Assembly: GCF_963921235.1 (NCBI RefSeq)
Contig: NC_086097.1
Coordinates: 216,382,001-216,446,000 of the forward strand
Length of the DNA stretch: 64,000 bases
Source: Mobula hypostoma
Taxonomy: Eukaryota
Direction: 5' to 3'
The translations under genes were made by a program, and so were the position numbers. The notes beneath the pieces are model-generated. The model was not told where the DNA came from. It did not search any database and was given only the letters and a program-made list of their open reading frames with translations. Position 1 is the stretch's first letter; each line of letters begins with the position of its first letter. This document shows, piece by piece, positions 36,531 to 49,555 of this stretch.

Positions 36531-38210
36531 CTAAAGAAACCCAAACCGGATAGTCCTCTCGGTTAATATAATATGACCAAATATGAGGTTCCGTATATTG
36601 ACTGCCCAGTAATAAAACCTAAAATTTGGTAAAGCTAAACCTCCATTCTTTTTAGCTTTTTGAAGATGAACTTTATTTAGTCTAGAAAGTTTATTTTTCC
36701 ATATATATGAAGATATGATAGAATCAAGAGAATCAAAAAAGCATTTAGGAATAAAAATGGGTAAGGCCTGAAAAAGGTATAAAAATTTAGGCAAGATATT
36801 CATTTTAATAGAACTAATTCGGCCAATCAATGATAATGAAAGGGGCAACCATTTTGATAGTGCCCTTTTTACATAAATCAGTAGGGTAAAAAAATTTGTT
36901 TTAAATAAATATTTATAATTCTTAGTAATTGTTACACCCAAATAAGTAAATTGATTTCTTACAATTTTATAAGGAAGGTTATTATTAATTGATACCAAAT
37001 TATTCAAAGAAAAAAGTTCACTCTTATAAAAATTTAGTTTATATCCTGAAAACTGACCAAAACAGGAGAGTAAGGAAAGTACGGAAGGTAATGAAGCCTC
37101 AACATTAAAAATATAAAACAATAGGTCATCAGCATAAAGCAAAACTTTGTGAATAATACCTCTCCTTAAAATACCAGTGATATCATTAGATTCTCGAAAA
37201 GCAATAGCTAAGGATTCTAAGGCCAGATCAAAAAGCAAAGGGCTCAAAGGACAACCTTGTCCCATTCCACGTTGAAGTTTAAATGGTTTGGAATTCTGAG
37301 AGTTGGTGAGAACCCGAGCAGAGGGAGATAGATAAAGTAATTTAATCCATTGAATAAAATTGGGCCCAAAATTAAATTTTTCTAAGGTTTTAAATAAATA
37401 ATTCCATTCAACCTGATCAAAAGCTTTCTCAGCATCTAAGGAGATCACACATTCAGATATCTCTTTAGAAGGAGAATAAATAACATTTAATAAATGACAA
37501 ATATTAAAGTGGGAATATCGATTTTTAATAAATACAGTCTGATCATCAGAAATGATTAAAATAATTTCAATCCTACGAGCCAAAACTTTGGATAGGATTT
37601 TAGTGTTAACATTAAGTAAGGAGATTGGTCTATATGAAGAGCATTCAGTTGGGTTCTTATTCTTTTTAAGAATAAGCGAAATAGAAGCTTCATAAAAAGA
37701 TTGTGACAACCTACCCAAATTAAAGGAGTCCAAGAGGACTGAATATAAGTGAGGTATAAGGAAAGAGGGAAAAGCCTTATAAAATTCTCCAGAAAATCCA
37801 TCAGGACCCAGAGGCTTCTCCGAGTGCAATGAACATACAGCCTCGACAATTTCCTCATAAGAAATAGGTTGATCCAACTGTTTTCGGTTATCATCAGAAA
37901 GGGTGGGGAAGTTTAAATGGTCTAAGAAATTATTCATTACAGTATTATCTTTGGGAGCATCAGAACTATAAAGCTTAGAATAAAATTCTCCAAAGGTATC
38001 ATTTATTTCTAAATGATCAGTTGTCCTATCACCATTAGCTTTACAAATTTCTTTAATTTGCCATTTAGCTATAAAGGTTTTTAATTGGTTAGCCAATAAT
38101 TTACCTGTTTTGTCTCCATGAGTATAAAATTGACTTTTATCTTTTAGAAGTTGAGCTTCAATGGGATGTGTTAAAGGAAGATCATATTTAGTATTAATTT
38201 CAACATGCCT
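36531..38210 (-). pseudogene. L1 ORF2 reverse-transcriptase segment, open for about 560 codons but framed by frameshifts
   Basis: GPDGF..EFYK, SYRPISLLN, SLDAEKAFD, QGCPLSPLLF, YADD, YLG motifs. Confidence 0.9.
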
Positions 38211-38219
38211 TTTTAAAAA

Positions 38220-41210
38220 GAAGATCATATTTAGAAATAATTTGCAGCCATTGGGATGAGTTGCAGTGCAATAAAGTTGCAGTACAATCAAAGCAAAAAG
38301 TACCAAATACTGGACTTAAGGTGTTATACTTAAATGCACGCAGCATAAGTAATAAGGTGGATGATCTTGTCGTACAGCTACAAATTGGCAGGTATGATAT
38401 TGTGGCCATTACTAAGACGTGGCTAAAGGATGCATGTCTCTGGGAGCTGAATGCCCAAGGATACACGGTGTGTCAGAAGGATAGGCAGGTAGGCAGAGGG
38501 GGAGTCGTGGCTTTATTGGTAAGAAATGATATTAAAGCATTAGAAAGAAGTGACATAGGATCGGAAGGTGCAGAAACTTAATGGGTTGAGCTAAGAAATC
38601 GTAGGGGTAAAAGGACCCTGATGGCAGCTATATACGGGCCTCCTAACAGCTGCAGTGATGTGGACTACAAATTACAACAGGAATTAGTAAAGGCTTGCCA
38701 GAAGGGCAGTATTATGATAATTGTGGGGATTTTAACATGCGAGTGGATTGGGAAAATTATGTCGGCACTGGGTCTCAAGAGAGAGAATTTGTAGAATGTC
38801 TCCAAGATAGCTTTTTAGAACAGCTTGTTCTTGAGCCCACTAGGGGATCGGCTGTACTGAATTGGGTATTGTGTAATGAAGCAGAGGTGATTAGAGAGAT
38901 TGAGGTGAAGGAACCCATAGGAGACTGTGATCATAACATGTGAATTTGATCATAACACTGTGAAATTTGAAAAAGAGAAGCCGAAATCTGATGTGTCGGT
39001 ATTTCAGTGGAGTAAAGGAAATTACAGTGGCATGAGAGAGGAACTGGCCAAAGTTGACTGGAAAGGGACACTAGCGGGAAGGACGGCAGAGCAGCAGTGG
39101 TCGAAGTTTATGCGAGAAGTGCGGAAGGTGCAAGACAGGCATATTCCAAAAAAGGAGAAATTTTCGAATGGAAAAAGGATGCAACCATGGCTGACAAGAG
39201 AAGTCAAAGGCAAAGTTAAAGCAAAGCAGAGGGGATACAAGGAAGCAAAAATTAGTGGGAAGACAGAGGATTGGGAAGTTTTTAACAGCTTACAAAAAGA
39301 AACTAAGAAGGTCATCAAGAGGGAAAAGGTTAACTATGAAAGGAAGCTAGCAAATGATATCAAAGAGGATACTAAAAGCTTTTTCAAGTATATAAAGAGT
39401 AAAAGACAGGTAAGAGTAGATATAGGACAGATAGAAAATGATGCTGGAGAAATTGTAATGGGAGATAAGGAGATGGCAGAGGAACTGAACGAGTATTTTG
39501 CATCAGTCTTCACTGAGGAAGACATCAGCAGTATAACCGGACACTCAAGGGTGTCAGGGAAGAGAAGTGTGCACAGTCACAATTACGACAGAGAAAGTAC
39601 TCAGGAAACTGAATAGTTTAAGGGTAGATAAATCTCCCGGACCAGATGGAATGCACCCTCATGTTCTGAGGGAAGTAGCTGTGGAGATTGAGGAGGCATT
39701 AGCAATGATCTTTCAAAAGTCAATAGATTCTGGCATGGTTCCGGAGGACTGGAAGATTGCAAATGTCACTCCACTATTTAAGAAGGGGGCAAGGAATCAA
39801 AAAGGAAATTATGGACCTGTTAGCTTGACATCGGTGGTTGAGAAGTTGTTGGAGTCGATTGTCAAGGATGAGGTTACGGAGTACCTGGAGGCATATGACA
39901 AGATAGGCAGAACTCAGCATGGTTTCCTTAAAGGAAAATCCTGCCTGACAAATCTACTGCAATTTTTTGAGGAAATTACAAGTAGGCTAGACAAGGGGGA
40001 TGCAGTGGATGTTGTGTATTTGGACTTTCAGAAGGCCTTTGACAAGGTGCCACACATAAGACTGCTAAACAAGATAAGAGCCCATGGAATTACAAGCAAG
40101 TTACATACGTGGATAGAGCGTTGGCTGATTGGCAGGAAACAGAGAGTGGGAATAAAGGGATCCTATTCTGGTTGGCTGCCGGTTACCAGTGGTTTTCCAC
40201 AGGGGTCCGTGTTGGGGCCGCTTCTTTTTATGTTGTACATCAACGATTTGAATTATGGAATAGATGGCTTGTGGCTAAGTTTGCTGATGATACAAAGATA
40301 GGTGGAGGGGCTGCTAGTGCTGGGGAAACAGAGAGTCTGCAGAGAGACTTGGATAGATTGGGAGAATGGGCAAAGAAGTGACAAATGAAATACAATGTTG
40401 GAAAGTGTATGGTCATGCACTTTGGCAGAAGAAATAAATGGGCAGACTATTATTTAAATGGGGAAAGAATTCAAAGTTCTGAGATGCAACAGGATCCTCG
40501 TGTCCTCGTGCAGGATACCCTTAAGGTTAACCTCCAGGTTGAGTCGGTGGTGAAGAAGGCGAATGCAATGTTGGCATTCATTTCTAGAGGAATAGAGTAT
40601 AGGAGCAGGGATATGATGTTGAGGCTCTATAAGGTGCTGGTAAGAAATCACTTGGAGTACTGTGTGCAGTTTTGGGCTCCTTATTTAAGAAAGGATGTGC
40701 TGACATCCACTATTCACAAGATTCACTAGAATGATTCCAGGAATGAGAGGGTTAACATATGAGGAACATTTGACCACTCTTGGACTGTATTCCTAGGAGT
40801 TTAGAAGAATGAGGAGGGACCTCATAGTAACATTTCGAATGTTGAAAGGCATGGACAGAGTGGATGTGGCAAGGTTGTTTCCCATGGTGGGGGAGTCTAG
40901 TATGAGAGGGCATGACTTAAGGATTGAAGGGCGCCCATTCAGAACAGAGATGCGAAGAAATTTTTTTAGTCAGAGGGTGGTGAATCTATGGAATTTGTTG
41001 CCACGGGCAGCAGTGGAGGCCAAGTCATTGGGTGTATTTAAGGCGGAGATTGATAGGTATCTGAGTAGCCAGGGCATCAAATATTATGGTGAGAAGGCGG
41101 CGGAGTGGGACTAAATGGGAGAATGGATCAGCTCATGATAAAATGGCGGAGCAGACTTGATGGGCCGAATGGTCGACTTCTGCTCCTTTGTCTTATGGTC
41201 TTATCGTCTT
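38220..41210 (+). mobile_element. CR1 LINE with near-complete but frameshifted ORF2 (APE + RT)
   Basis: YLNARSI, GDFN, DHN, KSPGPDG, YLDFQKAFDKVPH, PQGSVLGP and FADD motifs across ORFs 38261-41114; tcttatggtcttatcg tail. Confidence 0.95.
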
Positions 41211-42260
41211 TTATATAAAGCAGGTTCTGGAGCCAAGGCATATTTTTGATCTAATTATTTCAACTGATTAGCTAATTCAATTCTCTCTTTTTTTGCTTTT
41301 TTCTTTACATTTGCAGTATAAGAAATAATTTGTCCTCTAATATAAGCCTTAAAGGCATCCCATATAATAAGACTAGAAGTCTCTTCCCGCATATTCTCTT
41401 AAAAAAAAAGAGTAATTTGTCTCTCCAAAATTTTTTAAAATCCTTATCTGATAGCAAAGTTGGATTAAAACCCCAAAATCTGTTTATTTGAGGGAGACCA
41501 GGGAGATTTAAAGATAAAAACACAGAAGCATGATCTGAGACAGCAACCTCCTTATATTAACAGGATCGAACTAATGGAATCATTTGGCTATCAGTTAAAA
41601 AAAATCAATCCTGGAATACCTATGATGGACATGGCAAAAAAGCAAGTACTCCTTATCTATTGGATGTAAGAAACACCAGACATCAACAATATCACATTTC
41701 ATTAGAAAAGATTGAATAAACAAGGCTGATTCACTAAGTGTCGCTGGTTTAGAAGATGATCGATCTAAAGCTGGGCCTAAGCAGCTGTTAAAATCTCAGC
41801 CCAAGACCAGTGAGTAAAGACTTAAATCTGGCAAAACCGAAAAAAATGCTCAAAAAACCCTGGATTATCTATATTCGGGGCATATAAATTAGCAAATATC
41901 ATTAATTTATTATCTAATTTTCCTGATACTATAACAAAAGGCCTATTGGAATCAGACACTACTTTATGCTGAACAAAAGAAACTACAAAAATTATTATCT
42001 ACAAAAATTGAAACTCCTCTATACTTATCCTGAAAGGAGGAATCAAATTGTAGGCCTTTCCAAAGACAAAAGAGACGTAAATTGTCACATTTACGAACAT
42101 GAGTTTCTTGTAAAAAAAAATTAGAAACTTAAATTTTTTTAAATTTAAATTTGTAGGTAAATATCTTATTGTTTCACAGGCGTGTTTAATTTAAAACAGG
42201 GTTTGCACCATTCTCACAAACGCCTCAACCTGACACCATGCTGCATGGCATACAGAATAG

Positions 42261-43759
42261 GGAGCATCTCTAGGAAGAGGTACAGTCGACGTTTCAGGCC
42301 GAGACCCTTAACTGAAGGAAGAGATAGTAAGAGATTTGAAAGTGGGAGGGGGAGGGGGAGATCCAAAATGATAGGAGAAGACAGGAGGGGGAGGGATGGA
42401 GCCAAGAGCTGGACAGGTGATTGGCAAAGGGGATATGAGAGGATCATGGGACAGGAGGTCCAGGGAGAAAGACAAGGGGTGGGGAAACCCAAAGGATGGG
42501 CAAGGGGTATAGTCAGAAGGACAGAGGGAGAAAAAGGGGAGTGAGAGAAAGAAAGTGTGTATAAAAATAAATAACGGATGGGGTACGAGGAGGAGGTGGG
42601 GCATTAGCAGAAGTTAGAGAAGTCAATGTTCATGCCATCAGGTTGGAGGCTACCCAGACGGAATATAAGGTGTTGTTCCTCCAACCTGAGTGTGGCTTCA
42701 TCTTTACAGTAGAGAAGGCTGTGGATAGACATGTCAGAATGGGAATGGAATGTGGAATTAAAATGTGTGGCCACTGGGAGATCCTGCTTTTTCTGGTGGA
42801 CAGAGCGTAGGTGTTCAGCAAAGCGGTCTCCCAGTCTGCGTCGTGTCTCGCCAATATATAGAAGGCCACATCGGGAGCACCGGACGCAGTATATTACCCC
42901 AGCCGACTCACAGGTGAAGTGTCGCCTCACCTGGAAGGACTGTCTGGGGCCCTGTCTGGGGCAGGATCTCCCAGTGGCCACACATTTTCAGGGCCCCAGA
43001 CACTCCTTCCAGGTGAGGCAACACTTCACCTGTGAGTCGGCTGGGGTGATATACTGCTCCCGATGTAGCCTTCTATATATTGGCGAGACCCGACGCAGAC
43101 TGGGAGACCGCTTTGCTGAACACCTACGCTCTGTCCGCCAGAGAAAGCAGGATCTCCCAGTGGCCACACATTTTAATTCCACATCCCATTCCCATTCTGA
43201 CATGTCTATCCACGGTCTCCTCTACTGTAAAGATGAAGCCACACTCAGGTTGGAGGAACAACACCTTATATTCCGTCTGGGTAGCCTCCAACCTGATGGC
43301 ATGAACATTGACTTCTCTAACTTCCGCTAATGCCCCACCTCCCCCTCGTACTCCATCCGTTATTTATTTTTATATACACATTCTTTCTCTCACTCCCCTT
43401 TTTCTCCCTCTGTCCCTCTGACTATACCCCTTGCCCATCCTCTGGGTTCCCCCCCCTTGTCTTTCTCCCCAGACCTCCTGTCCCATGATCTTCTCATATC
43501 CCCTTTGCCTATCACCTGTCCAGCTCTTGGCTCCATCCCTCCCCCTCCTGTCTTCTCCTATCATTTTGGATCTCCCCCTCCCTCACCCACTTTCAAATCT
43601 CTTACTAACTCTTCCTTCAGTTAGTCCTGACAAAGGGTCTCGGCTTGAAATGTCGTCTGTACCTCTTCCTAGAGATGCTGCCTGGCCTGCTGCGTCCACC
43701 AGCAACTTTGATGTGTGTTGCTTGAATTTCCAGCATCTGCAGAATTCTTGTTGTTTGCG
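42261..43759. mobile_element. PLE family A palindromic insertion (two head-to-head GIY-YIG + pLTR arms)
   Basis: Arms 42261-42954 (-) and 42989-43759 (+). HFTCESAGVIYC(VRC)SRC.LLYIGET in both. 11-bp TSD atacagaatag at 42250-42260 / 43760-43770. Confidence 0.95.
43622..43659 (+). ncRNA. Hammerhead motif, probably inactivated
   Basis: uagucCUGACAA...GAAauGUCgucug: core G8->A at 43632, helix III C->U at 43651, stem I mismatch. Confidence 0.55.
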
Positions 43760-44002
43760 ATACAGAATAGAGCGTCAGCCCTCAAGACTACACTGCCTAT
43801 AGCAGCCAAAATAGCAACACACAAGATAGCTGCTGTGGAAAAGAAAAAGACAACAGGAGAGGGAGAGAGCTCTTCAATCAAGCCAAAGGATATGCCAGTT
43901 TTGGTCAACATGACATATGCTAGTAAAAGGGTTCTATATGCAGGGGGCTCAGTAGTGTCATCTAACTATGAGAAGATCCTGCCACAAAGTGGTTATAATA
44001 TA

Positions 44003-46660
44003 CCATAAGAACGTGACATAGGGGCAGAATTAGGCCATTCAGCCTATCAATTCCACTCCACCATTTCATCATGGCTGATTCCAGATCCCATTCAACCCCA
44101 CATACGATATCTCACGATATCCCTTGATGCCCTATTAACTATTAACAAGTATCTATTAACTTCCACTTTGAATATACCCATGGACTTGCCTCCGCCGCTG
44201 TCTGTGGCACAGCATTTCACAGATTCACAACTCTTTGCCTAAAAAAATTCCTCCTTACTTCTGTTCCAAAAGGCCGTTCCTCAATTTTGAGGCTGTGCCG
44301 TCTAGTTCTGGATAGCCCCCATCAGAGGAAACATCCTCTCCACATCCATCTTATCTAGTCCTTTCAACATTCGGTAGGTTTCACTGAGATCCCCCTGCAA
44401 TATTCTAAATTCCAGTGAGTACAGGTACAAAGCTGCAAAACGCTCCTCATATGTTAACTCCTTCATTCGTGGAATCATCCTCATGAACCTCCCCTGGACT
44501 CTCTCCAATGACGACACATCCTTTCTGAGATAGGAGGCCCAAAACTGTTGACAATGCTGTGAGTGCGGCCTGACCAGTGTCTTATAAATCCTCAGCATTA
44601 TCTCCTTGTTTTATATTTTATTCCTCTTGAAATAAATTCCAACATTGCATTTGCCTTCTTTACCACAGACTCAATCTGTGAATTAACCTTCCATTAGCCT
44701 TGCACGAGGACTCTTCAGTCCCTCTGCACCTCTGATGTTTGAATTTTCTCCCCGTTTAGATAACAGTCTGCACTTTCGTTCCTTTTACCAAAATGTACAT
44801 TTCCCAACACTGTATTCCATCTGCCACTTTTTTGCCTATTCTTCCAATTTGTCTGTCCTGCTGCAATTCCATTGCTTCCTCAGCACTATCTACCCCTCCA
44901 TCTACCTTTGTGTCATTCACAAACTTTTCACAAAGCCATCAATTCCATTATCTAAATCATTGACAAACAATATAAAAAGCAGCGGTCCCAATACGGATCA
45001 CTGAGGAACACCACTAGTCACTGGCAGCCAATTAGAAAAGGCCCCTTTTGTTCCCACTCACTGCCTCCTGCCTGTCAGCCATTCCTCTATCCACGCCAGT
45101 ATATTTCCTGTAACACCACAGGATTTTATCTTGTTAAGCAACCTCATGTGAGGCAGCTTATCAAATGCCTTCTGAAAATCTAAGTAAATGACATCCACTG
45201 CCTCTCTATTGTCCACCTTGCTTGTTACTTCCTCAAAGAATTCCAACGGATTTGTCAGGCAATATTTCCCATTACAGAAACCATGCTGACTTTGACTTAT
45301 TTTATCATTAGTCTCCAAGTACCCCGAAGCCTCATCCTTAATAATAGTCTCCAACACTTTCCTAACCACTGAGGTTAGGCTAACTGGCCTATAATTTCCT
45401 TTCTTTTGCCTTCCTCCCTTAAAGAGTGGAGTGATATTTGCAATGTTCCATTCCTCTGAGACCATGCCAGAATCCAGTGATTCTTGAAAGATCATGACCA
45501 ATGCATCAGTTACCTCTTCAGCAACCTCCCTCAGGACTCTCGGATGTAGTTCATCTGGTCCAGGTGATTTGCCCACTTTGAGACCTTTCAATTTGCCTTG
45601 CACTTTTTCCTTTGTAATAGCAGTGGCATTCACTCCTGCTCCCTGACACTCACGGACTGCTGGCACACAGCTAGTGTCTTCCACAGTAAAGACTGAAGCA
45701 AAGTACTTATTAAATTCATCTGCCTTTCCTTTGTCCCCCATTGCTACCTCACCAGCATAATTTTCCAATGGTCCAATATCAACTCTCACCTCCCTTTTAT
45801 TCTTTATATAACTGAAAAAACTTTTAGTATCCTGCTTTATAATATTGGCTAGTTTGCCCTCATATTTAATCTCTTCCCTTCTTATAGTATTTTAAGTTGT
45901 ATTTTGTTGGAATTTAAACACTTCCCAATCATCCATCTTCCCACTCACTTTTGCTACCTTATGTGCTTTGGCTTTTATAGATTCCTTAACTTCCCTTGTA
46001 AGCCACGGTTACCTAGCCCTGCCGTTTGAGAACAACTTCTTCTGTGGGACATATCTATCCTGTGCTTTCCCGAACTATTCCCAGAGCTATTGTGAACTAT
46101 TCCCAGAAACTTCAGCCACCTCTGTTCTGCCATCAATCCCACCAGTATCCCCCTCCAACCTGGGAAGTTTCTCTCTCATGTCTCTGTAATTTCCTTTATT
46201 CCACTGTAATATTGATACATGTGATTTATGCTTCTCCCTCACAAATTGCTGATATATTATGATCACTGCCTCCTAAGGGTTACTTTACATTAAGCTACCT
46301 AATAAGATCTGGGTTATTACACAACACCCAATCTAAGATAGCCTTTCCCCTAGTCGGCTCAAGCCCAAGCTGCTCTAAAAAGCCATCTCATAGGCATTCA
46401 ACAAACTCCCTCTATTGTGATCCGACACCAACCTGATTTTCCCAATCCCCTTGCATGTTGAAGTCCCCCATTACAATTGTGACATGACCCTTATTACACG
46501 CCCTTTCCAGCTCCCTTTGCAATCTCAATAACACATCTTGGCTACTATTTGGAGACCTATATATGATTCTTGTAATGTTTTTTTACCCTTGCTGTTTCTT
46601 AACTCCACCCACAAAAATTCGACATTCTCTGACCTATGTCATCTATTTCTAAATAATACA
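44003..46660 (-). mobile_element. CR1 LINE, decayed ORF2
   Basis: ORFs 45058-45789 (RT N-half, YLDFQKAFDK) and 44302-44598; ccataaga tail at the left end. Confidence 0.9.
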
Positions 46661-47239
46661 ATCCGACAATACCAATAGAAATTTTGGGATGTCAGGCTAT
46701 GTCACAATAATTTTTGTACAGTATTTACAGCTCACAGAAAATACATTTATATGCAGAAGTCCAATCTCTTTATGTGCAGAGTATCTCTTCGGGAAACACT
46801 GAGATGCTTAAGTAAGCCAATAAAATAATTGGAGCAGGGATTCATTCATGCACGCGTTGTATTCAGTGTAGGCGGATTTGCCCAGCAGGATTTAAGGGAT
46901 ATGGGCTTTCCCAATTGATTGTTATATTTACATTGGGGAAATTTTATTTTAGTGTCTCCTTATAAAAATCACCTTTCTAATAAGGAGCCCCTGCATCCCA
47001 TACAACGGTGCTTGCATTCTTTTTTGTTAGGAGATGAGATAGTTGATGCCGAACAAAGACATCCTCGAGTTGCTGCCTTCTGCTTCTTCCTCTCCTTCTC
47101 CTCCTGATCAGCATCTTTCTACTCCTCAGCCATGTGCTAATCGTGCTCCTGATCCTCACTCTTACTCCTGTTCCATGTCCTCGTACTTGCTCCTCTGTGG
47201 AATGTGCCTCGTGGTTTATCAGTTTCCACATATCTCCTT

Positions 47240-47980
47240 GTTGCTATTTAAATTCAGAAATCAGAGGTGCAAAAGGACTTGGGTGCCCTCGTGTAGGATT
47301 CCCTAAAGGTTAACATGCAGGTTGAGTCAGTGATACGGAAGGCAAATGCAATGTTAACATTCATTTCAAAGAGACTAGAATATAAAAAGTGAGGATGTAA
47401 TGCTGAGGCTTAATAAGGCATTGGTCAGCACTGGAGTATTGTGAGCAGTTTTGGTCCCTTATCTAAGAAAGGAAATGCTGCTGCTGGAGCAGGGAAAGAC
47501 AACTCTGGGCCTGTACTTGCTGGAGTTTACAGGAATAGTCATAGTCATAGTCATACCTTATTGATCCCGGGGAAAATTGGTTAGCTTGAGGGGAATGCGG
47601 GGGATATCTCACTGAAACCTATCAAATGTTAAAAGGCATGGATTAAGTGGACACGTAGTGGATGTTTCCGCTAGCGAGGGAGTCAAGGATCAGAGGGCAC
47701 AGTCTCAAATAGAACAGGGATGAGGAGAAATTTCTTTAGCCAGAGGACAGTGAATTCATTTGCACAGATGGCTGTGGAGGCCAAGTCATCAGCTATATTT
47801 AAAGAGGAATCATTCTCGTGAATCTCCTCTGAACCCTCTCTAATGTCAGTATATCCTTTCTAAAATAAGGAGCCCAAAACTGCACACAATACTCCAAGTG
47901 TGGTCTCATGAGTGCCTTATAGCAATGGGCCAAATGGCCTAATTCTGATTCTATGACTTATGAGTTTTATGGTCTTATGG
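47240..47980 (+). mobile_element. Rearranged CR1 3' fragments with an inverted piece near 47810-47920
   Basis: attcagaaatcagaggtgcaaaaggacttgg and ggagtattgtgagcagttttgg motifs; ttatggtcttatgg tail. Confidence 0.75.
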
Positions 47981-49059
47981 TTTTCCTCTGACAATGGTTG
48001 TTATTGTCAGTTTTCTTGGCTTTATGGATGCAGTCAATTAAGTAGATTTTCTTTGTGCTTCATGTGTAGAGCAGGGAACCCCAGACTGTTACAGCGAAGC
48101 ACATCACAGTCTGAATTGACCAATAGTATTTCCCATCATTACCCTGACACTTGTATCTTTAATCTGCTGCTGTGGCTAGAAAACACCCCAGTGTGAGGAT
48201 AGTTAGAGGGCAGCTTTTGCTGCTAGAAACCCTCTCAGCAGTGCCAGCCACTGAAACTGTCCAGCAGTGTGGACTCACTCAGGGCGAGGGAGTCATATGA
48301 TTTTCACAGAAACACGGTATTCACTATAAGGAAATTTTTCTCACAATCTACAATGACTTGCCTGGTGAGAATGTGGAAAACTTCCCCGTTCATTTAAAAA
48401 TCTAGGTATCTCAAGTAACCCTGACAAGCAATGACTGGGGTGCACCCATTCGTGCGAAGCCAACATAGGACTTCTTTGATCTCTATCCTTTTACATTTTC
48501 AGTGGACCAGAACTTCAATTAGTGCCTATAATGCATTCGAACAGACTAGGAATTTAATAAATGACAAGGAATAAGAATTCTGTTTTCTATGAACGATTAG
48601 GATGACCTTAGCATGACAGCTGACTTTCCTTTTCTATCCTCCGCTCAATGCTGAGTCAAGCCCTTTTTGCTCATAATCATCTCAGAGCTTCAATGTGTAA
48701 TTTGTTGCTGGACTGAATTTCTGCAGCCTTCCACAGCTTCCACTTCAGTTCAGACCAAGTTTATTAATCAATAATGAGAAAGATTGATCCAGGGCTTCAT
48801 TTGACTGTTAATTTAATACCCTTTCCTTATCCCATTCCCACTCTGACTGGCTATCTTTGTCCTCTCACACTGTAGGCCAATGTACTGTAAACTTGAAGAA
48901 TATCTCTTCGTCCAATTTAGCATATTACAGCTGAGAATTTCACAAAGAATTTGACAATACCAAATATCAGCCTATCCATCTTTTATCATGCTGTATTTGT
49001 CCAATTCTGATAAAAAAGACATCAACCTCTGATACTCAATTGATGACTTATTGACTGTA

Positions 49060-49555
49060 CCATAAATAAGCAATAAATATTGAGAACATTGTTATGTTTG
49101 TTCTTAATAAAGACAAACAGAGTGGGTAAAAATGCTAGCACATATTTATTTATCTACATTCATGGCTTCAGCTCAACACTCGCGTGTGTGACCATCTCAC
49201 CAATGTCATTTCCGGTTTCGAGTGTACCACCCACATTGCACACTGAGAATTGACTTTCCTTATTATGTATATACATAATAACACAAACATGAGTTGAAAA
49301 TTCCATGAAAGTGAGTCCATATGTTGTGGTAACAGTTTAGTGATGGGGCGAGTGAAGTTGAGTGAAGTTATCCACTCTGGTTCAACAACCTGATGGTTGA
49401 AGGCTAATAACTGCTCCTGAACCTGGTAGGAACCTGATGAGTCCTGAGGCTCCTATACCTGCTTCCTGATGGCAATAACGAGCAGAGAACATGGCCTGGG
49501 TGGTGGGTGTCCTTGATAGTGGATGCTGCTTCCCTGCAACAGTGTTCCAGGTAGT
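49060..49555 (-). mobile_element. Rex/Babar LINE 3' remnant
   Basis: ORF 49404-49610 second half REAASTIKDTHHPGH.L.SLLPSG.RYRSL. Confidence 0.7.

Larger units (their letters stand above)
35161..42130 (-). mobile_element. L1-clade LINE, 5'-truncated in the endonuclease, split by a CR1
   Basis: Poly(A)-like tail near 35155-35180. LQETH endonuclease motif near 42100. RT in ORF 36531-38306. TSD aaattttttt at 35151-35160 / 42131-42140 in a TTT/AAAA context. Confidence 0.9.

Noticed and set aside
36531..38306. 591-aa ORF as a functional host gene
   Set aside because: It is L1 ORF2. Its start codon and first ~30 aa come from the antisense of the inserted CR1, and it is frameshifted on both sides.
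42731..43330. 199-aa ORF as a novel GIY-YIG nuclease gene
   Set aside because: It crosses the palindrome centre; the N-terminal half is the antisense of the left arm.
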